A stretch of DNA of 28,656 nt from Bacteroidota bacterium (GTDB lineage Bacteria > Bacteroidota > Bacteroidia > Chitinophagales > Saprospiraceae). The stretch covers positions 1-28,656 of the forward strand of contig JBEAYO010000001.1 of the NCBI GenBank assembly GCA_041159285.1, read 5' to 3'. Shown here piece by piece: positions 17,060 to 25,713 of the stretch; within the stretch, counting starts at the first letter, position 1, and the number at the start of each line of letters is the position of its first letter. The translations under genes were made by a program, and so were the position numbers. Under the pieces are notes generated by a model, which saw only the letters and a list, made by a program, of their open reading frames with translations, was not told the origin of the DNA and ran no database searches.

Positions 17060-18859
17060 ATGAACAGGAAGATTCTTCTTTCCTGCCTGTGCCTTGCAAT
17101 CTTGTGCACCTTGCCGGCCATCCAATCCATGGCACAAAGCCCCGTAACGTTTGGAAGCGGAAATCTAAATGGCGCCACCATTACCAGCAGCCACAACGCC
17201 GGCAATGGCAGTCCTGAGGAAACCCTGGACGGTGATGGTTTCCTGCCAAACGAGGTGGCTACCTCCCGGTTTCTGGCGCAGACTACCCTCGGAGCCGATA
17301 TTGAAACCATCATGGCTAGTTCCAATCTGACTTTCGAGGACTGGATAACAACTCAATTTGATGCGCCCAGGCTGTTTTACATCGAGCAGCGGACGAAGGA
17401 CATCACGGTGGATGCCCTTGACTCAACCCTTGCCCAAGGTGGCAATGCGAATTACATATACCCCAGGTTGTGGTTTTGGCATTCAGCCTGGTGGGATTAC
17501 ACCATGATGTCGCAAGACCTGCTTAGAAACAGGGTATCCCTTGCACTCAGTGAGATTTTTGTCATTTCGGAGGTGCCCCAATTGCGGGATGCTCCTCTGG
17601 GACTGGCCAGTTATTACGACATGCTGCTGGACAATGCCTTCGGCAATTTCAGGGAATTGCTGGAAAAGGTCACACTTCACCCTTGCATGGGACTGTATCT
17701 CACCCATATCAACAACCCTAAGTCTGACACTGCACTTAATCGCTTCCCGGATGAGAACTACGCCAGGGAGGTCATGCAGCTTTTCACACTGGGGCTGTAT
17801 GAACTGAACCTGGATGGCACCCGAAAATTAGATTCAGCAGGTCATTTTATCCCCACCTATGATAACGCCGACATCGGGGAGTTTGCCAAAGTGTTCACAG
17901 GTCTTTCCTATGGTGACACGTATTTATTCGGGCAGAGCCCTCAAAGCCAGCAGAGCTACACCTACCCCATGAAGATGTTCAATTCCTGGCACGAGCCGGG
18001 CCCGAAATATCTGCTCAATGGTTTTGTGGTGCCCAATCGGAGCCCGGTCAACGGCATGGCCGACATAGAGGATGCCCTGGACAACTTGTTCAACCATCCG
18101 AATGTCGGCCCATTCTTTTCGAGGCTGCTGATACAGCGACTGATCACTTCGAATCCTACGCCGGCTTACGTGGCTCGCGTGGCCACGGTATTCAATAACA
18201 ACGGGCAGGGTGTTCGCGGAGACATGAAGGCTGTCATCCGGGCGATTCTCCTGGATGAGGAAGCCCGTGACTGCGGCTATATTGACAGCCCGTACCGTGG
18301 GATGCTGCGCGAGCCCATGGTCAGGTACACGCATGTCTCCAGGGCATTCAACGCCTTCAGCCAGAAAGGAATATTCCGCAATGCCATGGAGGAATTTTAC
18401 CTGGATTTGTTCCAGCGGCCTCTGGCTTCTCCGAGTGTTTTCAATTTTTTCCTGCCGGATTACCAACCCATAGGTCCTATCGACTCAGCCGGGTTGGTGG
18501 CGCCAGAATTTCAGATCACCAATGCCGTTTCAATTGCCGGCTACGCCAACCAACTCTACAAATGGATCATGCGGGACAACCAGGTCATGGAAGTCTGGAG
18601 CAACTTCGAGAACGAATACTGGGCGGACAAGGCAGTCAACCTGAATTTGACGGATGAAATGGCATTTGACGGCATCAATGAAATCGGGCAGTTATTGGAG
18701 CGGCTGAATCTCATTTTGCTTCACGGTCAGATGTCGCCTACTACCCGTCAAATCATCCGAGGCACACTGGAGCAAGTACCCCAGGACCACTGGGAAGAGA
18801 GGGTCAGGATGGGCATCTACCTGTCCATGATCTCCCCGGATTATTTGATTTTTAGATAA
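17060..18859 (+). CDS. DUF1800 family protein with Sec signal peptide
   Basis: ATG 17060 gives MNRKILLSCLCLAILCTLPAIQSMA|Q; DUF1800 motifs DLLRNRVSLALSEIFVIS, GNFRELLEKVTLHPCMGLYL, PDENYAREVMQLFTLGL, LIQRLITSNPTPAYVARVA, GDMKAVIRAILLD, PSVFNFFLPDY. Confidence 0.88.
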   Translation: MNRKILLSCLCLAILCTLPAIQSMAQSPVTFGSGNLNGATITSSHNAGNGSPEETLDGDGFLPNEVATSRFLAQTTLGADIETIMASSNLTFEDWITTQFDAPRLFYIEQRTKDITVDALDSTLAQGGNANYIYPRLWFWHSAWWDYTMMSQDLLRNRVSLALSEIFVISEVPQLRDAPLGLASYYDMLLDNAFGNFRELLEKVTLHPCMGLYLTHINNPKSDTALNRFPDENYAREVMQLFTLGLYELNLDGTRKLDSAGHFIPTYDNADIGEFAKVFTGLSYGDTYLFGQSPQSQQSYTYPMKMFNSWHEPGPKYLLNGFVVPNRSPVNGMADIEDALDNLFNHPNVGPFFSRLLIQRLITSNPTPAYVARVATVFNNNGQGVRGDMKAVIRAILLDEEARDCGYIDSPYRGMLREPMVRYTHVSRAFNAFSQKGIFRNAMEEFYLDLFQRPLASPSVFNFFLPDYQPIGPIDSAGLVAPEFQITNAVSIAGYANQLYKWIMRDNQVMEVWSNFENEYWADKAVNLNLTDEMAFDGINEIGQLLERLNLILLHGQMSPTTRQIIRGTLEQVPQDHWEERVRMGIYLSMISPDYLIFR

Positions 18860-18870
18860 AAATGAAAACA

Positions 18871-18896
18871 AGCTGCTGAGACAGGCTCCAGTAGCT
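18871..18896. repeat. Intergenic hairpin between the DUF1800 and DUF1501 genes
   Basis: agctgctg-ag-acagg-ct-c-cagtagct stem with one G-U pair. Confidence 0.35.
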
Positions 18897-18913
18897 TCAG
18901 AACAGATAAAGCT

Positions 18914-20329
18914 ATGCACAAACTATCCAGACGGCAGTTTTTAAAGCAGGCAGGATGCACGGGCATGGGCGCCGCCACGCTTTTATCATCCCTCAACAAC
19001 TTGTCCATCATCAACAGGCTGGTGGCTGCGCAAGCTTCGCCTCCTGGCGATTACAAGGCTTTGGTTTGCCTCCTGCTGGCAGGAGGCAACGATTCCTATA
19101 ATATGCTGGTCCCCAGGGGAAGTTCCGAATACGCAGACTATGCGTCGACACGGGCAGACCTCGCCTTGCCGCAGGCCTCTCTGCTCCCCATCAACCCACT
19201 GGTCAGCGACGGCAAGGAATACGGAATTCATCCCAGCATGGCAGGCTTGCAGGGTTTGTTTGAAAGCCAGAAAGCGGCTTTTGTGGCGAATGTTGGAACG
19301 CTCATTGAGCCGATAGCCAATGCCACTGAGTACCAGGCTGGGCTCAAGCGAATCCCACTTGGTTTGTACTCCCATGCAGACCAGATTCAGCAGTGGCAGA
19401 CTGCCATTCCGCACACCCGGGAAGCGGTCGGCTGGGGCGGACGGGTGGCGGACCTATTGAAGAGCTTGAATGGCAATCAGAACATTTCCATGAACATATC
19501 CTTGTCGGGCAGGAACGTCTGGCAATCAGGGAACACGGTGCTGGAGTACTCGATCAGCAATTCCGGGAATGGCGTCGAAGGGATTGCCCCGATAGTCCCG
19601 TCCTGGTACTCAAATGCAGGTTTCCTGCAGCGGCTGCAAATGTCCGCTATTGAGGATTTGTCCACTTTTCATTACGCCAACGTCTTCAAGGACACCTTCG
19701 GCGAGCTTACCGAACAGTCGGTGGAGGCATTTGAGGCACTTGAGCAGGCGATTGCAGGCGTCAACCTTAGCACTCCCTTTTCGACGAATTCCCTGGCAAA
19801 GAATCTGAAGATGATTGCCCGGGTGATTGGCGCCAGAGGCGCCCTGGGCATGCAACGCCAGACTTTTTTCGTCACTTATGGTGGGTGGGACCACCACGAC
19901 GATGTCATAGAAAACCAGGAAGTAATGCTCGATATTGTCAGCACTGCCATCAGCCAGTTCATGAACGGTCTGGCAGAACTGGGCATACAGGATAAAGTAA
20001 GCTTGTTCACCATTTCAGATTTTGCAAGGACGCTCACTTCCAATGGCAAGGGTTCCGACCATGCCTGGGGCGGAAACGCCTTTGTGGTAGGCGGTGCCGT
20101 GAACGGCAAGAAGATTTACGGCACTTACCCGGCCTTGCACCTCCAGGGTAATCCACTGGTGCTGAACAACCGGGGGAATTTAATACCGACCACCGCAGCA
20201 GATTTGTATTTCGCAGAGCTGGCGCTGTGGTTTGGTGTTTCGCCGTCCGACCTTAGTACTGTGTTGCCCAATATCGGTTACTTCTATGACACCGCGTCCG
20301 GAGCGGCACCGCTTGGTTTTCTTGTTTGA
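18914..20329 (+). CDS. DUF1501 family protein with twin-arginine (Tat) signal
   Basis: SRRQFLK Tat motif; DYKALVCLLLAGGNDSYN, LYSHADQIQQWQT, RQTFFVTYGGWDHHD, TISDFARTLTSNGKGSDHAWGG, PTTAADLYFAELALWFG. Confidence 0.9.
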   Translation: MHKLSRRQFLKQAGCTGMGAATLLSSLNNLSIINRLVAAQASPPGDYKALVCLLLAGGNDSYNMLVPRGSSEYADYASTRADLALPQASLLPINPLVSDGKEYGIHPSMAGLQGLFESQKAAFVANVGTLIEPIANATEYQAGLKRIPLGLYSHADQIQQWQTAIPHTREAVGWGGRVADLLKSLNGNQNISMNISLSGRNVWQSGNTVLEYSISNSGNGVEGIAPIVPSWYSNAGFLQRLQMSAIEDLSTFHYANVFKDTFGELTEQSVEAFEALEQAIAGVNLSTPFSTNSLAKNLKMIARVIGARGALGMQRQTFFVTYGGWDHHDDVIENQEVMLDIVSTAISQFMNGLAELGIQDKVSLFTISDFARTLTSNGKGSDHAWGGNAFVVGGAVNGKKIYGTYPALHLQGNPLVLNNRGNLIPTTAADLYFAELALWFGVSPSDLSTVLPNIGYFYDTASGAAPLGFLV

Positions 20330-20370
20330 CCTGGATTAACTGGATTGTTTCAGCACTCAAATAAATCGAA

Positions 20371-22497
20371 ATGAAGTCTAAATATTTAATACTCTATTTA
20401 TCCTTATTATTATCAGGAATAAGTGTGCAAATGAATGGCCAGTCATGTATAGGCCCCATGGGTGAAGTAAAATGGCAATTGTACGAGAACATATCTGGCT
20501 CGGACATCAATGCACTGTTTGTCAGCCCCAGGTTTCCCCAAAATCCTACATGGGCGGAGGAGCTCAACAATCTGACAACCATTTCTCGTTTCAGCTCTGG
20601 TTACAACAACAACTACGGATCCATGATCCGGGGTTACATCAAGGCGCCAGAGACGGGAGATTATCAGTTCAACCTCACGGGTGACGACCGCTCCATTTTC
20701 TACCTCAGCACCGACAGCAATGCTGCAAACCTTGCAATCTGTGCAGAGGTGCCAGGCTGGTCAGGCGCCACAGAATACACCAAATATCCTCAACAGACCT
20801 CTGCTTTGACCCCATTGGTGGCAGGAAATTACTACTATTTTGAAATAAAACACAAGGAGGGGTCAGGTGGAGATCACATCACTGTCAGCTGGAAAAAGCC
20901 ATCCACCATCAGTTTGCCTTCCTGGGCCATAGTACCGGACTCAAGCGTGTATGGGGCTGCTTGCGCCGTTCTATGCGAGAATGCGGGAAAACCATGTGAC
21001 GATGGCAATCCTGCGACGAGCGACGACCGCTATGATGGAAACTGTCACTGCATAGGAAATCCCTCGGCACTTCCCTTTCCTTGTATCGGTGAAAGAGGCT
21101 ATCTCACTGCGTTTTACTACGACACCATCTCTGGCAGTTCCGTATCAAACCTGTTGCTGAACCCGGCCTTCCCGAATCAGCCAGATCGCTCGGAGGTTTT
21201 AAAAGTGATGAAGGGTCCCCTGGTTTCAGCCACCTTGTATGGGACGCGTGTCAGAGGCTACCTTCGGGCCCCAGTAACAGGCATGTACCAGTTCAATGTC
21301 ACTGGAGATAATGATGTAATTCTCAGGCTAAGTCCCAATGCGACTACCAATTCCTTTGATCAGATAGCCAGCAACAACGGTTTTGCTTCGACTTACAGCC
21401 ATACCTCCTATCCACAGCAGACCTCCGACAGCATTCTTTTGACAGCCGGAAATTTTTATTCCATCGAATTGTTGCACAAGCAAAACTCAGGGAGCAATCA
21501 TTATCAGGTTTACTGGAAAACGCCATTTGCCCGGGATGCAAACTGGCATTTGCTGGATGGAACTTACCTTTACAATTTCGACTACGACTGCGAGACAGCC
21601 TGCATTCCGCAGGGAACACCCTGCAACGACGGCATAGCGACCACCTTTGGTGACAAATACACTAACTGCGTTTGCGCAGGAACACCTTGCAGTGACCCCG
21701 CGTGCACCAATTCACTGGACTATACACCTTACGCAGCCTGCGAAAATGAAACTGAACGGCACTCCACCAATCCCAATGCATCCTGGCTGTCCTGCGAGCC
21801 CTCCTTGAGTCCAAACCCTGAAAGAGGCATCAGCCATTGGATGCGCTATGATCTCGGAGCCACCTACGCCTTGAGTGATGCCAAAATATGGAACTACAAC
21901 GCTGCCAACTCAACTTCCCAGGGTTTCAAGGAAGTGGCCATTGATTACTCCCTGAATGGCACCAGCTGGTCACCCTTGGGTAATTTCACCTGGGAACAAG
22001 CAACGGGCAGCGGGTCTTACACCGGCTTCGATTTTTCCGCCTTCAACGGAATCAGTGCCCGCTACATCCTGATAACGGCGCTGTCGAATTTTAGCGGTTC
22101 AGGTTGCGCGGGCCTGAGCGAGTTCAACCTGGAGGCGACCACCTGCCCTCCTGTTGGCACGCCTTGCGACGACGGGAATCCAGAGACGAGCAATGACATG
22201 TACAATGCTTTCTGCACCTGCACCGGGTCTTACAACCTCAACAACCATTGTGCAGAAGTGGACCTGTTGATCGAGGACGTTCCCATCGCAAGCGCCAAGT
22301 ACACGGCCCAGCAGAAAATCACTTCTACTGGCCTGGTCAGGTCAGGAAGCAATGTGGTCTTTCTGGCTGGAGAGCTGGTCACACTTAGCGGAGGTTTCGA
22401 GGTAAAATACGGAGCCGAATTCCTGGCTGACACTGAGCCCTGTGAGGAGACATCGGAGAAAAGGAAGAAGAAACCCAAAAAGGGACAACTCAACTAA
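20371..22497 (+). CDS. Secreted tandem-PA14-domain protein with Cys-rich spacer repeats, a discoidin/F5-8-like domain and a C-terminal beta (coathanger-stack-like) domain
   Basis: Signal peptide ..QMNG|Q; two PA14-like units (YGSMIRGYIKAPETGDYQFNLTGDD / YGTRVRGYLRAPVTGMYQFNVTGDN; YYYFEIKHKEGSGGDHITVSW / FYSIELLHKQNSGSNHYQVYW); HWMRYDLGATYALSDAKIWNYN...GFKEVAIDYSLNGTSW...ARYILIT; tail AGELVTLSGGFEVKYGAEFLA. Confidence 0.8.
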   Translation: MKSKYLILYLSLLLSGISVQMNGQSCIGPMGEVKWQLYENISGSDINALFVSPRFPQNPTWAEELNNLTTISRFSSGYNNNYGSMIRGYIKAPETGDYQFNLTGDDRSIFYLSTDSNAANLAICAEVPGWSGATEYTKYPQQTSALTPLVAGNYYYFEIKHKEGSGGDHITVSWKKPSTISLPSWAIVPDSSVYGAACAVLCENAGKPCDDGNPATSDDRYDGNCHCIGNPSALPFPCIGERGYLTAFYYDTISGSSVSNLLLNPAFPNQPDRSEVLKVMKGPLVSATLYGTRVRGYLRAPVTGMYQFNVTGDNDVILRLSPNATTNSFDQIASNNGFASTYSHTSYPQQTSDSILLTAGNFYSIELLHKQNSGSNHYQVYWKTPFARDANWHLLDGTYLYNFDYDCETACIPQGTPCNDGIATTFGDKYTNCVCAGTPCSDPACTNSLDYTPYAACENETERHSTNPNASWLSCEPSLSPNPERGISHWMRYDLGATYALSDAKIWNYNAANSTSQGFKEVAIDYSLNGTSWSPLGNFTWEQATGSGSYTGFDFSAFNGISARYILITALSNFSGSGCAGLSEFNLEATTCPPVGTPCDDGNPETSNDMYNAFCTCTGSYNLNNHCAEVDLLIEDVPIASAKYTAQQKITSTGLVRSGSNVVFLAGELVTLSGGFEVKYGAEFLADTEPCEETSEKRKKKPKKGQLN
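20989..22227 (+). repeat. Three dispersed Cys-rich protein repeats (G-[TK]-P-C-[DN]-D-G...C-x-C-x-G)
   Basis: GKPCDDGNPATSDDRYDGNCHCIG (~20986-21057), CIPQGTPCNDGIATTFGDKYTNCVCAG (~21601-21681), CPPVGTPCDDGNPETSNDMYNAFCTCTG (~22144-22227). Confidence 0.85.
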
Positions 22498-22552
22498 GAA
22501 GCTGCCGTCTCTGCGCAATACCTCATTGTTAAAAAGGTTTTAACTATTTAGT

Positions 22553-22692
22553 CCCTTTTGCAGATGCTGCTGGCATTTCGGAAAGGGCGCGGGGCGCAGC
22601 CCCGCGCCCTAAAAAAAACTTCCCTATGGCCGGCGCCGCACTTATGCGCACCGCCAGCCGCCCTTTAGGGAGGCTAGTCGCATCTGAAAGGG
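22553..22692. repeat. ~140-bp inverted-repeat element with a perfect 12-bp GCA-triloop hairpin (REP/MITE-like)
   Basis: Imperfect terminal IR cccttttgcagatgc / gcatctgaaaggg; internal agggcgcggggc-gca-gccccgcgccct at 22584-22610; core ggaaagggcg..gggcgMagccccg shared with 16651-16685. Confidence 0.55.
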
Positions 22693-22791
22693 CCCCCAAA
22701 CAGTTATAAAAAATTGGAGTGCCTTGCTCATCTAAGGCGGTATGTCAGACACATGTCAGATTTCCCTGAACAGGGTCAATGTATTTACCCA

Positions 22792-22799
22792 TAACTTTG
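22792..22799 (+). promoter_or_regulatory. Bacteroidota -7 promoter box (TAACTTTG)
   Basis: Exact TAnnTTTG match 20 nt upstream of the DUF5686 gene; no canonical -33 box. Confidence 0.5.
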
Positions 22800-22818
22800 C
22801 TGCTTCAAACCAAAAAAA

Positions 22819-25353
22819 TTGATGCGCAAATTACCCTTATCAGCATTTATTTTCCTCTTTTTTTTCTCGCCGGTTGTGGCACAGGTTTCCGGAACTGTCG
22901 TGGGTCTTCAGCAAGAACCGCTGCCATTTGCGTCCGTCTATGTTGAAGGCACTACCAATGGGACCACGACCAATATGGAGGGATTTTTCTCGCTGGAACT
23001 GGAGCCGGGAAAATACAGGCTGGTGTTCCAATACGTCGGGTATCAGTCCGAGATCAGAGAGGTGGAGGTTTCCAGGGGCCGGTCAGTCCAATTAAAGGTC
23101 ATCTTAAAGGAAGCTGCCATTGACCTTTCAACAGTGGAGGTAAGGGCCAATGCAGAGGACCCGGCCTACCCTATCATCAGGAAGGCCATTGCAAAGCGAG
23201 AATTCAATTACCGGCAGATTAAGTCCTCAGTCTGCGATGTATATATAAAAGGGACAGTCAAGATATTGAAAGCGCCCGAAAAAATCCTTGGCCAGGAGGT
23301 AGGCGACCTGGATGGAAACCTGGACACCAGCCGGCAAGGCATCGTTTACTTGTCGGAGTCCGTTTCTAAGCTGTATTTCAAGCAGCCAGGAAAGATGAAG
23401 GAGGTCATGGTGTCCAGCAAGGTCAGTGGAAACAACCAGGGCTTCAGTTTTAACAGCGCCACGGAAATGAATGTCAACCTCTACGACAATTTTGCCGTCT
23501 TTGGGCGCAACGTCATCTCTCCCATTGCCGATGCCGCTCTGAATTACTACCGCTACAGGTTGCACGGTGCCTTCATGGATGAACAGGGTTTTCTGATTTA
23601 CAAGATAGAGGTCATTCCTAAGAACCCGGAAGACCCGGTTTACAGTGGTTTTATTTACATCGTCGACCAACTCTGGAACATTCAGGGTGCCGGGCTGATG
23701 GTCACTGGCCGGTCGTCCCAGTTGCAAGCTGTCGATTCCCTGATGATTCGCCAGGTGCATGTGCCTGTCAAGGGGCGGGACGTATGGCAGCTTTTTTCCC
23801 AAAGTTACGCTGTACAGGGCGGTTTATTTGGATTTGTTTTTGGCGGCAACTTTTCAGCCGTGTACCGCAATTATCAACTGGATATTCCCCTGGAGGACAA
23901 ATTCTTTGGAAATGTGGTCATGAAGGTAGAGCCCGGCTCCAATGAGCGGGATTCGTTCTATTGGAGCCAGACCCGTCCCATTCCTTTGACGGAGGAAGAA
24001 TCTAAGGACTATATCCGCAAGGACAGCATCCGGCTCGTGCGAACTTCCAAACCGTTCCTCGACTCGGTTGACCTGGCGGAAAACAAGCCGAAAGTTGGCG
24101 ATTTGCTCACCGGTTACCGGTTTCAGAATTCCTGGAAGCGCTACTCTTTCACCCTGGAATCCCCTATCAACACGATACAGTTTAACCTGGTGCAGGGCAT
24201 GCACTTCAATGCCGGGTTAGGGTTTGAAAAATCCTTTGATGAGAACAACAATCGCAGGCTGGTGTTGAAGTCGTTACTGAATTATGGACTGGCAGACAAT
24301 CAGTTTCGGGCCTCTGGTGAGGCAGAATGGCGACCGAGGCCCAAAATTTTTGAAAGGATAAGCCTTGCCGGTGGCAAGCGTCTGGTGCAGTTCAATGAGT
24401 CGGAGCCCATCTCGGCGTCGCTCAATACGGCAGAAATCCTTTTCAACCGCAGGAATTACGCCCGTTTTTATGACAAGTGCTTCCTCAGGCTGGATTACCG
24501 CAGGGAACTCTTCAACGGCTTCATGGTTTATCCCTCCCTGCAGTATGCCCGTCGCACGATGGTTAGCAACAACTCTGACTACAGTTTTTTCCACCGGGAT
24601 GACCGGATCCTTGACTCCAACCTGCCCGTGCATCCCGAAATCGATGGCGCAGCTATCCTGCCGCAGGAAAGCCATGCGCTCCAGGCCGGCCTCAGCATCA
24701 GGATTCGGCCCGGGCAGAAGTACATGGATTACCCGGACCGCAAATTCAGCATGGGAAGCAAATACCCGGATTTCTGGATACACTACCGAAAGGGAATTCC
24801 TTTTCGCAGCGGCCAGGCGGAGGGTCTGCGAAGCGATGTCTCTTTCGACCGTTTCTCGGCATCGGTGGTCATGAATGAGTGGACACTGGGTCTGGCGGGA
24901 GTCATGTCATTCAGGCTGGAGGGGGGATTTTTCCCCGCCAGTAGCAAGTTGCTCTTTTACGATTACCGCCATTTTTTAGGAAACCAGACCTCCCTGGGGA
25001 ATCCAGCGCGGTATCTTTTTAGTTTCAAGATGCTGGAATACTACAGCTCCAGCACAGATGAGTACTGGTTGGAGGCCCACTGGGAGCACAACTTCAAGGG
25101 TGCCATCACAGACAAGATTCCTGGGCTAAAGAAATTGGATTGGAATCTGATTGCCGGCTTCAATTTCCTGTACACGCCGCGTCAAAAGGACTACCTGGAG
25201 CTTTCCCTTGGATTTGGGAACATCGGCGCAGGCATAGCAAAGTTCCTCCGATTTGACGTCGTGAGTTCCTTGCGGCAAGGTCAATACGCCGGCACAGGTT
25301 ACCTGGTTGGCATCAACCTGCCTTTCGGTGATATTGACCTTAGCAGTTTGTAA
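22819..25353 (+). CDS. DUF5686 and carboxypeptidase-regulatory-like domain protein (probable outer-membrane beta-barrel)
   Basis: Signal peptide ..VVA|Q; N-terminal EPLPFASVYVEGTTNGTTTNMEGFFSL...LVFQYVGY domain; AYPIIRKAIAKR, YLSESVS, ISPIADAALNYYRYRL, YWSQTRPIPLTEEE; amphipathic beta-strands C-terminally. Start is TTG 22819 or ATG 22822. Confidence 0.85.
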   Translation: MMRKLPLSAFIFLFFFSPVVAQVSGTVVGLQQEPLPFASVYVEGTTNGTTTNMEGFFSLELEPGKYRLVFQYVGYQSEIREVEVSRGRSVQLKVILKEAAIDLSTVEVRANAEDPAYPIIRKAIAKREFNYRQIKSSVCDVYIKGTVKILKAPEKILGQEVGDLDGNLDTSRQGIVYLSESVSKLYFKQPGKMKEVMVSSKVSGNNQGFSFNSATEMNVNLYDNFAVFGRNVISPIADAALNYYRYRLHGAFMDEQGFLIYKIEVIPKNPEDPVYSGFIYIVDQLWNIQGAGLMVTGRSSQLQAVDSLMIRQVHVPVKGRDVWQLFSQSYAVQGGLFGFVFGGNFSAVYRNYQLDIPLEDKFFGNVVMKVEPGSNERDSFYWSQTRPIPLTEEESKDYIRKDSIRLVRTSKPFLDSVDLAENKPKVGDLLTGYRFQNSWKRYSFTLESPINTIQFNLVQGMHFNAGLGFEKSFDENNNRRLVLKSLLNYGLADNQFRASGEAEWRPRPKIFERISLAGGKRLVQFNESEPISASLNTAEILFNRRNYARFYDKCFLRLDYRRELFNGFMVYPSLQYARRTMVSNNSDYSFFHRDDRILDSNLPVHPEIDGAAILPQESHALQAGLSIRIRPGQKYMDYPDRKFSMGSKYPDFWIHYRKGIPFRSGQAEGLRSDVSFDRFSASVVMNEWTLGLAGVMSFRLEGGFFPASSKLLFYDYRHFLGNQTSLGNPARYLFSFKMLEYYSSSTDEYWLEAHWEHNFKGAITDKIPGLKKLDWNLIAGFNFLYTPRQKDYLELSLGFGNIGAGIAKFLRFDVVSSLRQGQYAGTGYLVGINLPFGDIDLSSL

Positions 25354-25373
25354 GAGGCAGAGCCGGGAAAGTG

Positions 25374-25592
25374 TCAGAATTCCTCTTCAGATCTCCAGTC
25401 GGAGTAGGATAAATAGACAATGACGATCCCGGCCACGACCATCAATATTTTCACGAGGAATGAGTACAGCCCTCCCATTTGATCCATCCAGGCCAGGTAG
25501 GACAGTTGCAGACCAATCATGCTCAATACCAGGGAGGTAAAGCCGATGATGAAAAAGAGGAAACCGAGGATAATCCAGCTTGTTTTTTTCAT
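25374..25592 (-). CDS. Small two-TM hypothetical membrane protein
   Basis: 72 aa, two hydrophobic helices, fills the gap between flanking genes and has a TAnnTTTG box upstream. Confidence 0.75.
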   Translation of the reverse strand: MKKTSWIILGFLFFIIGFTSLVLSMIGLQLSYLAWMDQMGGLYSFLVKILMVVAGIVIVYLSYSDWRSEEEF

Positions 25593-25632
25593 AATGTGCG
25601 TTTTTTAAGGTTTTTTTGAAAAAAGAAAGATG

Positions 25633-25640
25633 CAAAAATA
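25633..25640 (-). promoter_or_regulatory. Bacteroidota -7 promoter box (TATTTTTG on the minus strand)
   Basis: caaaaata on + reads tatttttg(ca) on -, ~40 nt upstream of the 25592 start. Confidence 0.45.
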
Positions 25641-25713
25641 GGAATTGTATCAATTTCATTTTTACTTTTCCGCCTACGAATACTAACATTCCTATGGTCA
25701 ACAACGTCTCACC

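Noticed and set aside
22528-22544. Palindrome gttaaaa-agg-ttttaac after the PA14 gene
   Set aside because: AT-only 7-bp arms, far from the next promoter, single occurrence; likely chance.
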